A DNA stretch of 64,000 nt from Eledone cirrhosa (Eukaryota), in contig OZ024742.1 in NCBI GenBank assembly GCA_964016885.1, positions 2,108,001 to 2,172,000 on the forward strand. The letters run 5' to 3'. The first letter of the stretch is position 1; each line of letters starts with the position of its first letter. The notes beneath the pieces were generated by a model that had not been told where the DNA came from, made no database searches, and was given only the letters and a program-made list of their open reading frames with translations. This document shows positions 53,159 to 64,000 of this stretch, in pieces. Both the position numbers and the translations under genes were made by a program.

Positions 53159-54211
53159 TATCATATAAAGTTTGCTATGAACACTTCATTAGTCAAACAA
53201 ATATATTTGGAAGAGGGATAAGTGATAGGAAACTCCCAGGAGAGGTGGACAGCAGAAGGTTTTCAGAGAAGAAATCCCCACAAGCGAGTGTTTTAGACCT
53301 TAACATCTTACACACTAACGAGGGGGGCGCATCTAGGTCATGACTCCTAGGCGCCCTTCAGTTGACATTTGGCCATTCGGATAACGGACACTTGTTGTGT
53401 ATTTAAACCGTATGGGGATTTTTCTAACAGGATCTATGTGAAGTAACCCAGAAAGATCCCCTGAAAAATCCCTTGAATCAACATATAAGGATTTAGCGAA
53501 GATGAACCTTTATATAATATATTTTTTCCATTCTATCGATCGGAACAGCAAGGTATCTGTAATGAAATATATTTTATAACTAACTACAATCCCAAACTTA
53601 GCTCGTTGCACTTCAGCCAATGCACAACACCGAATCCCGTTCATACTGAAAGCAGCATTACGACAACAAAGATATAACCAATGGCGTCCCTTGTTTTAGA
53701 AAGGGCGTAAGCGGCGTCCCTTGTTTTAGAAAGGGCGTAAGCGACACATAGTCGTACGTGTTATAAAATACACAAAACCATCAGGAATGGGACGTTAAAA
53801 ATTAAACTTTAAAAAGCTACCAATAGCTGAAACCGGTCAATATTTAAACAAATGAGATAAAGAACATTCTTTTTACAATCCCTACAAACACCATCCAGAA
53901 AGCAATATAATTTGGTATGAAATCATTTCTATTTGTTGTGTAAAGATTCCTGTACAGAAACTATTAAGTGGATCTTCAACAGATCATTATCATATTTCGT
54001 ATATATATATATACATACATACATACACACATACACACATATATATATATATTAATATGGCAAATCACTGATGAGGGACTGATTTTATAATATGTAACCC
54101 ATGTGCAACCACGCAGTGTTCCTCTTTCTTCCCATGTTTTTCATATGTATATATATATATATATATATACAATATATTAATAAATGGAAACTATATTTAT
54201 AAAACTATAAT

Positions 54212-54277
54212 TATTTTATTATAAATATTTCAAGAGCAACCAAGGCAAATTTCGGTGCGCTTTCATCAGATAAAATA
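54212..54277 (-). ncRNA. Minimal type I HHR
   Basis: Minus strand: TATTTTAT CTGATGA AAGCGCACC...GGTTGCTCTT GAAA TATTTA TA ATAAAATA; 8-bp helix I. Confidence 0.78.
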
Positions 54278-54363
54278 TAAAATTTGTTTTATAAATGTTG
54301 ACATACCCGCGGAAAAACAACCGTGACAGTTGAAGGTTCTCTGGTTAGTGTATATATATATTC

Positions 54364-54546
<183 letters not shown>

Positions 54547-54691
54547 AAATAGGATTTCGCTTCAAGCATAGCTTTATACAATATGTATAAATATTTCGTA
54601 TGTCCAAAGAACTACGGTTTTAGGAAGCCGTAGCTATGCAAACACCGGGGCTAACGCCCTCTGGTGATGTGCAGCAGAGGCAAGGGGGACA

Positions 54692-54735
54692 ACCGTCTAT
54701 GCATTTCAGGCTTAACTGGCCTTCGTCAAGACGGT
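54692..54735 (-). ncRNA. Minimal type I HHR, C3U core variant
   Basis: Minus strand: ACCGTC TTGACGA AGGC-CAGTTAA-GCCT GAAA TGCA TA GACGGT. Confidence 0.75.
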
Positions 54736-54753
54736 CCCTCCCACCGCTTGCGA

Positions 54754-54791
54754 CTGACGAAGGCCAGTTAACCCTGAAATGCATAGACGGT
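54754..54791 (+). ncRNA. HHR with canonical core but 5' strand of helix I lost at the inversion junction
   Basis: CTGACGA AGG-CCAGTTAAC-CCT GAAA TGCA TA GACGGT. Confidence 0.6.
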
Positions 54792-54892
54792 TGTCCCCCT
54801 TGCTTCTGCTGGACATCACCAGAGGGCGTTAGCCGCCCCAGTGTTTGCATAGCTACGGCTTCCTAAAACCGTATTTCTTTGGAGATACGAAA

Positions 54893-55132
<240 letters not shown>

Positions 55133-55241
55133 TATTCTTCGGAATATAGTTTTCGTTCTAGCCTAGTAACTTTTATTTCGTTTCTTTAACTAACGCTATG
55201 ATCCCTATGTTATTCAGCGACCCCCAAATTATCGTTTGTAC

Positions 55242-55298
<57 letters not shown>

Positions 55299-55374
55299 CA
55301 CACATACATATATATACACATATGTATATATTTTCACCTGTTTTCAAAGTCCACCAGTTGCAAGAGCGGTAAGG

Positions 55375-55418
55375 ATCGTCCTGACGAGAAGCAGTTGAAT
55401 TCGAAATGCATCGACGAT
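55375..55418 (+). ncRNA. Minimal type I HHR, canonical core, diverged relative of the 54.7-kb family
   Basis: ATCGTC CTGACGA GAA-GCAGTTGAA-TTC GAAA TGCA TC GACGAT; predicted cleavage after 55412. Confidence 0.9.
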
Positions 55419-55607
55419 TGTCCCCCTTGCTTCTGCCGAACACCGCTTGGTGGCGTCAGCTGCCAGTGTGTTTTTGCATAACTATGGGTTTCTAAATGTT
55501 TATTTATAAACATACCGTATTCCTTTAGAAATACGCAATTCAAATACATGTTTGTATACAGCTATGTCCGAAGCTAAATCTTAATTCTCTCTATATATTA
55601 ATATATG

Positions 55608-55662
<55 letters not shown>

Positions 55663-55784
55663 TAATATATATACTAATATATATATACATATATAATCAC
55701 TTATATATATATATATATTATTTCCTAATGTTTGTTGAATGAGTTGGAATTTGGCCAGAGTATCGCTAAAAAGCTTTCTCCGAT

Positions 55785-55831
<47 letters not shown>

Positions 55832-56144
55832 TAAAATAACAGATTAAAGTTTAAGCAAAGAATCGCTGCTTTCACCCTAAAAGGGATCTTCTGAAACTAA
55901 CAAAGTCAATCTGTAAACGCAGAAGTGGATATTTCAAAAAACGTTGCAACCGGAGGAAGACAGGAAGACGATACTTTGGTTCGTGGTAACGTTCGCTGGC
56001 AAAGAACGGGAAAAAACGAATATAATACGTCATTAATAGGAGCAGTGAAAAACAATTACGCGCAAAGACAGAACCACGTTTATGGTATAAAAGAGGTCGT
56101 AGACTAATGTTCTCTTAGATGGTTCATAGAGACGTTCTCTGGCA

Positions 56145-58138
56145 ATGTACGATAATCTGCGAAAAGCAGACAACAAACAGGATAAATTTGGATTTAAAAC
56201 CTATAATAATCCCCCGTGTAACCCAGCATTGCTACCCTTCGAAAATGATGTCTTGGAACTCATTCGGAGTATCAAATTTCGGAATAGGAGCAATTCCTTC
56301 CAGCAAGACCTGAAAAATAGAATTCGTTCTATTAAGGATTCTAATGCCGTGCACGTCCATTCCGACAAAACTGGCAACCTATATCAAGTGGAGAGCAGTA
56401 CTTACCATCAACTACTACATAATGCTGTAACTAAGGATTACCGTAAAACTAATCGGTGCGTCATCAATGAAATCAACGATGCTGGGTTTAAAATCACATC
56501 TGATCTCAACATCCTGGACCGGACCGAACCTCTGGACCCTATTTCTCCCCACTTTACCCTGAAGGATCACAAATCCAATTTTCCAAACAACCCCTCTATT
56601 CGGCTAACCTTACGAAGTCCGATTTAGGCAGACTTAGTAAAACGATTCTTGATAGAATTATACCTGAAATTAAAAGTTTGGCCCCTCTTGCACTGTGGAA
56701 CAATTCGTTCGCGGTGATTGATTGGTTCAACGGCATATGTAACAAGGAACATTGCCGTTTTATCCAATTCGACATCAACAATTACTACTCCTCCATCACT
56801 GTACCACTTCTCCTTAGAGCTATCAATTTCGCTAAAACACTCACAGTGGTTAAGGATTTCGAAGTTGATGTCATCCTCAATGCCCGAAAGTCGGTGATTA
56901 ATTTCGACGACTCTATTTGGATAAAAAAATCCAATAGTACCCCATTCGACGTGAGTATGGGCGCCAGTGATTCTGCGGAGGTTACTGATCTTATCGGCCT
57001 TTTCCTTCTTTTCTCTATCAAGGATGAATTCCCCAACGCCGGCGGTGGTTTGTACCGTGACGATGGTCTTTTGACCATGACTAAGTGCGGACCTCGTGCT
57101 TGCGACAGGTTCAGAAAAGAACTCACAGCCTTCTTTAAAGGCTTCAACCTCTCTATACAGGTTGAGGCCAATCTCTCGGTCGTTAATTACCTCGACGTTA
57201 CCATCAATTTATTGAATGGGTTCTATTACCCGTATAGAAAGCCGAATGATACGCTTAATTACATAAGTAAGCATTCCAACCATCCTGCCAGCATAACCAA
57301 GAACCTGGTAAGAAACGTTTCGTTGAGGCTTTCCCGTCTTTCCACCAACGAGCGTATTTTCAACGACCATTCCACTTATTACAATGAAGCTCTTGCTCGA
57401 AGTGGATTTATCGATAAGGTAGCATATACAGAGTACGAAAATAGACCTAGAAGAAATAGATCCCGTCGCATTTGTTGGTATAACCCACCATATAATATGG
57501 AGGTGGCCACACCATTAGCTAAGATCTTTCTTTCCCTTATTACGAAGCATTTTCCCCCTACACATAAATATAGTAACATTTTTAATAGAAATACGATTAA
57601 AATTTCTTACTCTACGACTCCTAACCTTGCACATAACATCACAGCTTCAAATTTAGCCAAACTACCTAGCCGTAGGAACACGTGCAACCCTGTAGTTAGT
57701 ACTAACTGTAATTGTAGGAATCGGATTGAATCCGGGAAATACCTCTCTAGTAACATTGTCTACAAATGTAAGGTTGTAACACCCACGTCCCGTAGGGCCT
57801 ACATAGGGTTAACTGCCAATAGATTCAAGCAGCGTCTTTACATGCATACCCATTCTTTTCGTTACCCTCTAAGAAGGAATATGACGTCACTTTCAGCTTA
57901 TATTTGGAGTCTAAAAGACAACCACACCCAATATAAGTTACACTGGGAGATCCTAGCTAGAGTTAGATCGTATAACGGAAATAAAAGACCATGTGAGCTC
58001 TGCGCCGCTGAGGCTCTGGAAATACTCTACGCCACAGACCACATCTTAAACAAAAAATCTGAGTCAATTTCGGCTTGTAAACATAAATTGCACAAAACTT
58101 TCCTGTATTACAGCCCCACGTTATACCCTGACGGATAG
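56145..58138 (+). CDS. Penelope RT + GIY-YIG endonuclease, 5'-truncated, frameshift near 56610
   Basis: SDKTGNLY, TLKDHK, FDINNYYSSI, FDVSMGASDSAEVTDLIGL, GGLYRDDGL, VNYLDVT, YRKPN, SNHP, WYNPPY, CNCR, IVYKC...YIGLT..FKQR..H, CELCAAE, LNKKSE. Confidence 0.92.
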
Positions 58139-59076
58139 TACGATCTATACGTGGATATTTTACGTCTTGATGTGGTAGCTAAGTATATGTTTTATTTATA
58201 CCATTACTTATTTGCATAGGTAAGTATATATTATCCGTATGTTTTGTGAAGGTACATATACCTTCTCGTACGTATATTTGATTGTTTATGTTATGGCGTA
58301 TACTTTTATATATTCTGGTACATATGGTTTGGCTTTGTGTATACTTGAGTTTTGCGTCTGTGTGAGTATATGCGGGTTCGTATGTATGTAGAGTGTGTGT
58401 ATATGTGTACTTCATGTTTTGGTTGACTTACGTCTCCGAACATTCGTGTATTTATATGTAGGTATGTGTGTGCGTTTGTTATATACGTATTTATTTATTT
58501 ATATACGTTTATATAATTATTTATTTATTTGTATACACGCATACACACACACACATATTTATATGTGCGTGGTTTTGTATACCTATGGTAAGTTTTTGCG
58601 TATGCTTGTGTATGTACGTATTTGTTTGCGTGTATGTATTTATTTATTTCTATTACTTCTGTATTGTATTTATTTACTTTGTTCTTAACTCTGTAGCGGA
58701 GATTCATTCGGTCTCCTAGTTAGAATTTTAGTCTACGACTTCTGCTATACCATTTACGTGGTTTTGTCTTTGCGTGCTATTGTTCTCCACGCTCCACATA
58801 TGACGTATTATATTCGTTTTTTTCGTTCATTGCCAGAGAACGTCTCTATGAACCACCTAAGAGAACATTAGTCTACGACCTCTTTTATACCATAAACGTG
58901 GTTCTGTCTTTGCGCATAATTGTTTTTCACCGCTCCTATTAATGACGTATTATATTCGTTTTTTCCCGTTCTTTGCCAGCGAACGTTTCCACGTACCAAA
59001 GTATCGTCTTCCTGTCTTCCTCCGGTTGCAACGTTTTTTGAAATATCCACTTCTGCGTTTACAGATTGACTTTGTT

Positions 59077-59127
59077 AGTTTCAGAAGATCCCGTTAAGGG
59101 TGAAAGCAGCGATTCTTTGCTTAAACT
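59077..59127 (+). ncRNA. HHR-like three-way junction in the Penelope pLTR with non-canonical CAGAAGA core
   Basis: AGTTT CAGAAGA T-CCC-GTTAA-GGG-T GAAA GCAG-CGATTCT-TTGC TT AAACT; mirrored at 55848-55898 (-). Confidence 0.55.
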
Positions 59128-59234
59128 TTAACCTGTTATTTTAATAAATATTTGCTCTACGATTCTTATATATTTGATATATATTTATTCTTATCGAGCC
59201 CTCTTTGGATTTTAGTCTTCAAATTTATTATTAT

Positions 59235-59290
<56 letters not shown>

Positions 59291-59409
59291 TATAAAGTAT
59301 GTCCATAGAATCATTTGATAATATATATACACCATTTCCTCTCCCAATTAGCATAATCAACCACACAAAAAAAAATATATATATACTAATATATATATAT
59401 ACTAATATA

Positions 59410-59448
<39 letters not shown>

Positions 59449-59449
59449 A

Positions 59450-59735
59450 AGGCGGGTAAAATTCCCGAGATCCATGGACGAGTTCTCTCCAGCGGTCTCT
59501 GTCCCTCATTATCGCTGCCATGTCCTGCGTCTCCAACAGACCAGTGTCTGTCCTTAGGGCATCAACATACGTTAACCTTGGTCTTCATCTTCTAGTGTGT
59601 CCATGTAGGGGTTCCCAAAGGAGCACTGAGTGCAATGTCAACTCTGGATGTCGGTGAGCATGTCCAGCTAACCTCAGTCTCCTCTGTGTCACTTTTGAGC
59701 TGACTTTTGGGATGCTCCCATACAGCTCTGAGTTA
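59450..59735 (-). mobile_element. RTE-clade LINE 3' fragment
   Basis: Minus-strand reading NSELYG..RRLRLAGHAHRH..LLWEP.HG..RPRLTYVDAL..MRDRDRWR. Confidence 0.78.
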
Positions 59736-59992
59736 ATATATGTAATTTATATGTTCACAAAATAAATATACTTCTCTTCCTATTATAGACACATCTGTAG
59801 TTTTCGTTGATGTCACCTTATTTTCCTCTCTACCTCTCCTATCCCTTCAACTCTCTATCTCTCCTCTCCCTTCCTCTCTATCTCTCCTCTCCCTTCCTCT
59901 CTCTCCCCTCTCCCTTCCTCTCTCTTCATCTCTATCTATCTTAGAGGTGGCTTCTTCTCTGATTATTTAAACCCACACAACACGTGAACAGT

Positions 59993-60173
59993 GAGACCAC
60001 GGGAGACAACGGGAGACCACGGGAGACCACGGGTGATCACGGGAGACAACGGGAGACCACGGGAGACAACGGGAGACAACGGGAGACCACGGGAGACCAC
60101 GGGAGTCAACGGGAGACCACGGGCGACCACGGGAGACCACGGGAGACCACGGGAGGCCACGGGAGGCCACGGG
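59993..60173. repeat. GC-rich minisatellite, 10-bp unit CACGGGAGAC
   Basis: About 18 tandem copies. Confidence 0.95.
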
Positions 60174-60220
60174 TAGCTATTTGTTGGTATTGTGCATCTT
60201 GTATCATTGACTCATTATAC

Positions 60221-60268
<48 letters not shown>

Positions 60269-60814
60269 GGGTTAACAGATTATTGTTATAGGTAGTCCAC
60301 TTAAGTGTAGTCCAGTTATGGTACTCCGAGTAGTGGATGATATATTTTGTATAGCAAACCGTGTCACTCTTCTTTCCTGATTTATATATATATATATATA
60401 TATATATGCATGTGTGTGTATGTATACATATAGCTATAGAGACATGAGAAAAGCAAGCGGGAAAGTGGGCGATGAACTTCTGTGGCTAAAAATAAAAATA
60501 CAATTTAGTAGATCTGACTTAAGGATGTAACGGGGAACTATTTCTAGTATTCCTGTTGACCCGTGCATTTACCAGACAATACGATCGATATTTTGAGTAT
60601 TAATCAAAATTATTATTTTATAAATATATAACAAAAAACAAGAAAGAAACAAGTCTTATTAGTTTCACGCTTCAAAAAAGGACAGTTCAACAGTCAACTT
60701 ATCATGTATTTGCCCTTCATCAGGAAAAGCACCGTTCAGGGTGTATGAAAATACAGAATACAAAAGAAAAACGCAAAAAATATAAACAAACATTACACAC
60801 ACATGCACATGTGT

Positions 60815-61105
60815 ATTATTAGTACAGATAAAAGATTTCTGCAAAAGATCTCTGCTTTCACCCTAAGCGGGATCATGTGAAATTTAGAAGAATCAATCTG
60901 TAAACTGAGAAGTAAACAGGAAGACATAACCATTATGTCTTCCTGTTTTTTAAAGAAAATATTTGGCTGTAATTTGTTTTGAAATATTTACTTCTGAGTC
61001 TACAAATTGATTCTTCTAAGTTTCACATAATTCCACTTAGGGTGAAAGCAGAAATTATTTGCGTAAACCTTTTATCTGTACTAATAATCAATATTTGCTC
61101 TACCG
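60815..61105. repeat. Inverted pair of diverged Penelope-pLTR-related sequence
   Basis: ~60815-60917 is inverted with ~60986-61090; homologous to 59045-59160. Confidence 0.7.
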
Positions 61106-61442
61106 GTTTATATATATTTATATATATATAATCGTTATCAAGTCCTTTTGGTTTGCGTATATACATATATATATACCTGCTATGGTAATACAGCTTCTAA
61201 TTCAATGGAAGGAAGTATGGATGGCGTGTTGGTGTAATGGTACCACATTGGTCCGGCAAACCAAAGATGTGAGTTCATGTCCAATGTACGTCAATACTCA
61301 TCCTTTTCTCCATTCAGAGGGTTTTACAAAATCCCAACTAACAGACAAATTCTATTTAGTCAAATACGGCGTAAGCACATGTTACTACCTAATTTTCAAA
61401 CTCGGTAGCTGTTTCTAAACAAAGCTTGCTTTGTGTCTCCCT

Positions 61443-61512
<70 letters not shown>

Positions 61513-61766
61513 GTATACCGTTTATTCTTCATTATTATTTCAATGGCTCCCTTATACAATCCAAGATGTAGTATTTACATTTGTTGTTGGTATGGGAACG
61601 ACTTCTTCAGATGAAATATTCGTTTATGTGATATGCTGCAGGCAAAAAACATGTCGCAATAAAAACTAATCTTAGTAATATAACACCTATGTAATGTTCT
61701 CTACTTTGGGAACGAACACGTTTTCTCAGTGTTTGTAAACTCAAGTATACACACACACACACACAT

Positions 61767-61800
<34 letters not shown>

Positions 61801-61887
61801 GTAAAAGGTAAACAGAAATAAGAACACAATCGGTACAGTATATGGAAGGGATATATCAGGTTAACGCTTGATATAGCAGGAAGAGGG

Positions 61888-61923
61888 TCTTAACGTTTCA
61901 GACGCTAGTCCTTCATCAGAAGA
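61888..61923 (-). ncRNA. Minimal type I HHR with AACGTT palindrome as helix III
   Basis: Minus strand: TCTT CTGATGA A-GGAC-TAGC-GTCT GAAA CG TT AAGA; sister copies have GTCC, giving a perfect helix II. Confidence 0.72.
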
Positions 61924-62682
61924 AATAATGAGAAATAGGATAAATTGAGGGGACGTGCGGGTTATATATACTTGGGTTTACAAACGTGTTCGTTCCAAAG
62001 TAGAGAACATTACGTGTGCTATATTACTAAGATTAGTTTTTGTTGCAACTCTAAGTTTCGCGGATTGCGGCCAACTACGAAACTAAATCTATTACATAAA
62101 TGTGAGATCTTCTCCTACAAGAGAAATATACTCAGAGATTTATTGCAGACGATATCGCTGCATCTGCTTTTAGAAGAAGAAAAATAAAACGGAAATGATG
62201 ACATCTTGAAATTCCTGTGCATTAACCTTCTTCCTATATTCTAGTCAAAATAATGGTGAGAAAGATTCACTTTGGTGTTTGTAGTTTTATATATTTCAGT
62301 CGACACCACCACCAGCACCAGCACCACCACCATCACCATCACCATCACCAGCACCAGCACCAGCACCATCACCACCACCACCACCAGCACCACCACCACC
62401 ACCACCACCATCAGCACCACCACCACCACCACCACATCCTACAGGAAACACTTTCTTGATAGGTTGTTCTTCTCACCGGAAGTGGTTTCCTCAATATGTC
62501 ACATTTACAGCAGGTTGGCAGAAAATGTCGAACATTGACCGGTAAAATAAAATACCTTCAAATATTAAGTTACGTCCCTTTAGGATTTGAGTCATTGCCA
62601 CCTGTGTCGACCTCTGGAGGACGGCAAACTTAAATACCATTGGTGATCCATTGGTGTACCGTAGAAGTACCATTATTAGATC

Positions 62683-62872
62683 GGTGGATTGGCAGAATCA
62701 GTAGAGAGTCGGACGCCATGCTTTGCATCAAAGAGTTACGGTCCTTTATGATCTGAGTTCAAATCCCGCCGAGGTTAACTTTGTCTTTCATCCTTACGGG
62801 GTCGATAACATAAAGTACCAGTAATATACTGGGATAATTACTGGCCTTGTGCCAAAAGTAGAAACAATTATT
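62683..62872 (+). mobile_element. CORE-like tRNA SINE
   Basis: Same family as 29143-29330. Confidence 0.8.
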
Positions 62873-64000
62873 AGATCAGACCTTCCGAGCATTCCAGATG
62901 GGAGCCCCTCCTTTTCTAACCAGACATAATATCTCAAACATTGTCCAGTGGGTCCATTTTTAACAATAGTTCAGCCCTATATTATTTAAGCCTTACAAAC
63001 GTGACTACTTCATCTTCTCTTCAGATCAATTGTATCCTGGCGTACATAATTTAATGTGTCCCCTACTTTCGTAAGACCTGTAATATGAGACTTGGGGGAG
63101 GGCGTGGCTGTCTTTTCTAGTATTTGGAGAAACCGTGTAGAAGCTACCTTGGTGTGGATTTGTATGGTGTAATTTAAGGATTGGGGGGGAGGGGGAATTT
63201 GGTGTTCTTTTTAGCAAGTCAACCTACCACTTAGTGACTTTTTTGTTGGATCTGTAACGTGTAAATTGAGGGAGATTTTGCTGCCTTTTCCAGCAAATCC
63301 GGTTACCAGTTCGATGCTACTTTGGAGGATTTGTAGGGCGTAATTTGAGGGTGAGTTTCACTGCTGTTTCAGGAGACAGAGTTACCACATCAATGATTCC
63401 TTATTGGTGATATAGGATGCGAATTAAGGGAGGTTTTTGGCAGTCTTTTCTAGCAGATCAAGTTACCACGAAGCGGCTTCTTAACTGGACAATTGACGCG
63501 AGATTTAAGCGGGATTTTGATTTCTTTCCCCAGCAACGTGAGCTACAACTAAAGCTTCTTTAATGTGATTTGAGCGAGATTTTAACTGTTTTTAGTCAGA
63601 GCACCATTGCGAGTTAATAGTGAAGTCTGAGATATTAACAAGGCTGATCAGTTAATCAGTTAACTGCGATAAAGAATTCCCTCCCCTGGTTAACGTCTTT
63701 TCCCCAATCTAAAGTATTTGGTTTCAACATGGCTACTTACAATACATAGGTAGGTGGCGTTGTTGACAGCTAGGGGTGATGACACGTGACTTATCTCCAT
63801 GTCAGAATACTTGAAACCAGAATGGTGAGCTGTGAAAATGTTATATTTGTTGCTTTGTGTAGGCTTTTTTTTTAAAATTATACTTTTTGTTGAATTTTCT
63901 TTATTATTTGGTCTGATTTAGTTTAAATCACATACCACACGTATCTTCCAAGTCATTTCAATGTTAAAGCCATACATTTATTTTATTCGCTTTCTTTCAC

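Larger units (their letters stand above)
55826..59150 (+). mobile_element. Penelope-like element (Naiad-type) with 5' inverted pLTR (55826-56147) and 3' pLTR (58828-59150)
   Basis: ~320-bp near-identical inverted copies; a partial tandem pLTR at 58727-58835; (TA)n upstream and ~90 bp downstream. Confidence 0.93.

Noticed and set aside
54066-54120. CTGATGAGGGA... after a TA run
   Set aside because: No GAAA or cleavage triplet at a compatible distance.
60650-60730. Minus-strand CTGATGA-AGGGCA...TGTCCT...GAAA
   Set aside because: About 11 unpaired nt lie between helix II and GAAA, and helix I is unconvincing.
60835-60885. ATGA...AAA...GA as a SECIS element of a Naiad selenoprotein
   Set aside because: The intervening segments form two local hairpins rather than SECIS helix II, and I saw no in-frame TGA at conserved Cys positions in the PLE ORFs.

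Overview
This window is eukaryotic, AT-rich, microsatellite-dense DNA with no supportable host gene. The SINE and microsatellite content suggests a cephalopod such as Octopus, which is inference only. Almost all short ORFs in the track are translations of (TA)n, (CA)n, (TAG)n or (TATG)n repeats. Real coding sequence is all transposon-derived: a frameshifted Tigger/pogo transposase (2-1290), two Penelope-like (Naiad-type) RT + GIY-YIG elements with 5' inverted pLTRs (21.8-24.4 kb and 55.8-59.2 kb), a CR1-type fragment, a stack of R4/Dong-like RLE LINE fragments in (TATG)n (32.8-38.8 kb), three tandem Tx1/L1-clade LINEs in (GATA)n (40.8-51.1 kb, the first nearly intact), RTE 3' fragments, three non-autonomous Helitrons, several SINEs and minisatellites. 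The main hidden signal is non-coding. Reading both strands by eye shows about 20 intact or decayed type I hammerhead ribozyme (HHR) motifs from roughly ten unrelated sequence families, most of them minimal forms with a palindromic helix III. They occur in (TA)n-embedded fold-back elements, in two retrozyme-like tandem arrays with ~480-526 nt units and a 5' inverted segment, and in the Penelope pLTR. Several carry non-canonical cores (U3-A8, C3U, A at position 4, U-U closing helix II). This looks like a Penelope-driven community of ribozyme-bearing non-autonomous retroelements that may produce circular RNAs. All folds were assigned by eye; nothing was computed or searched.
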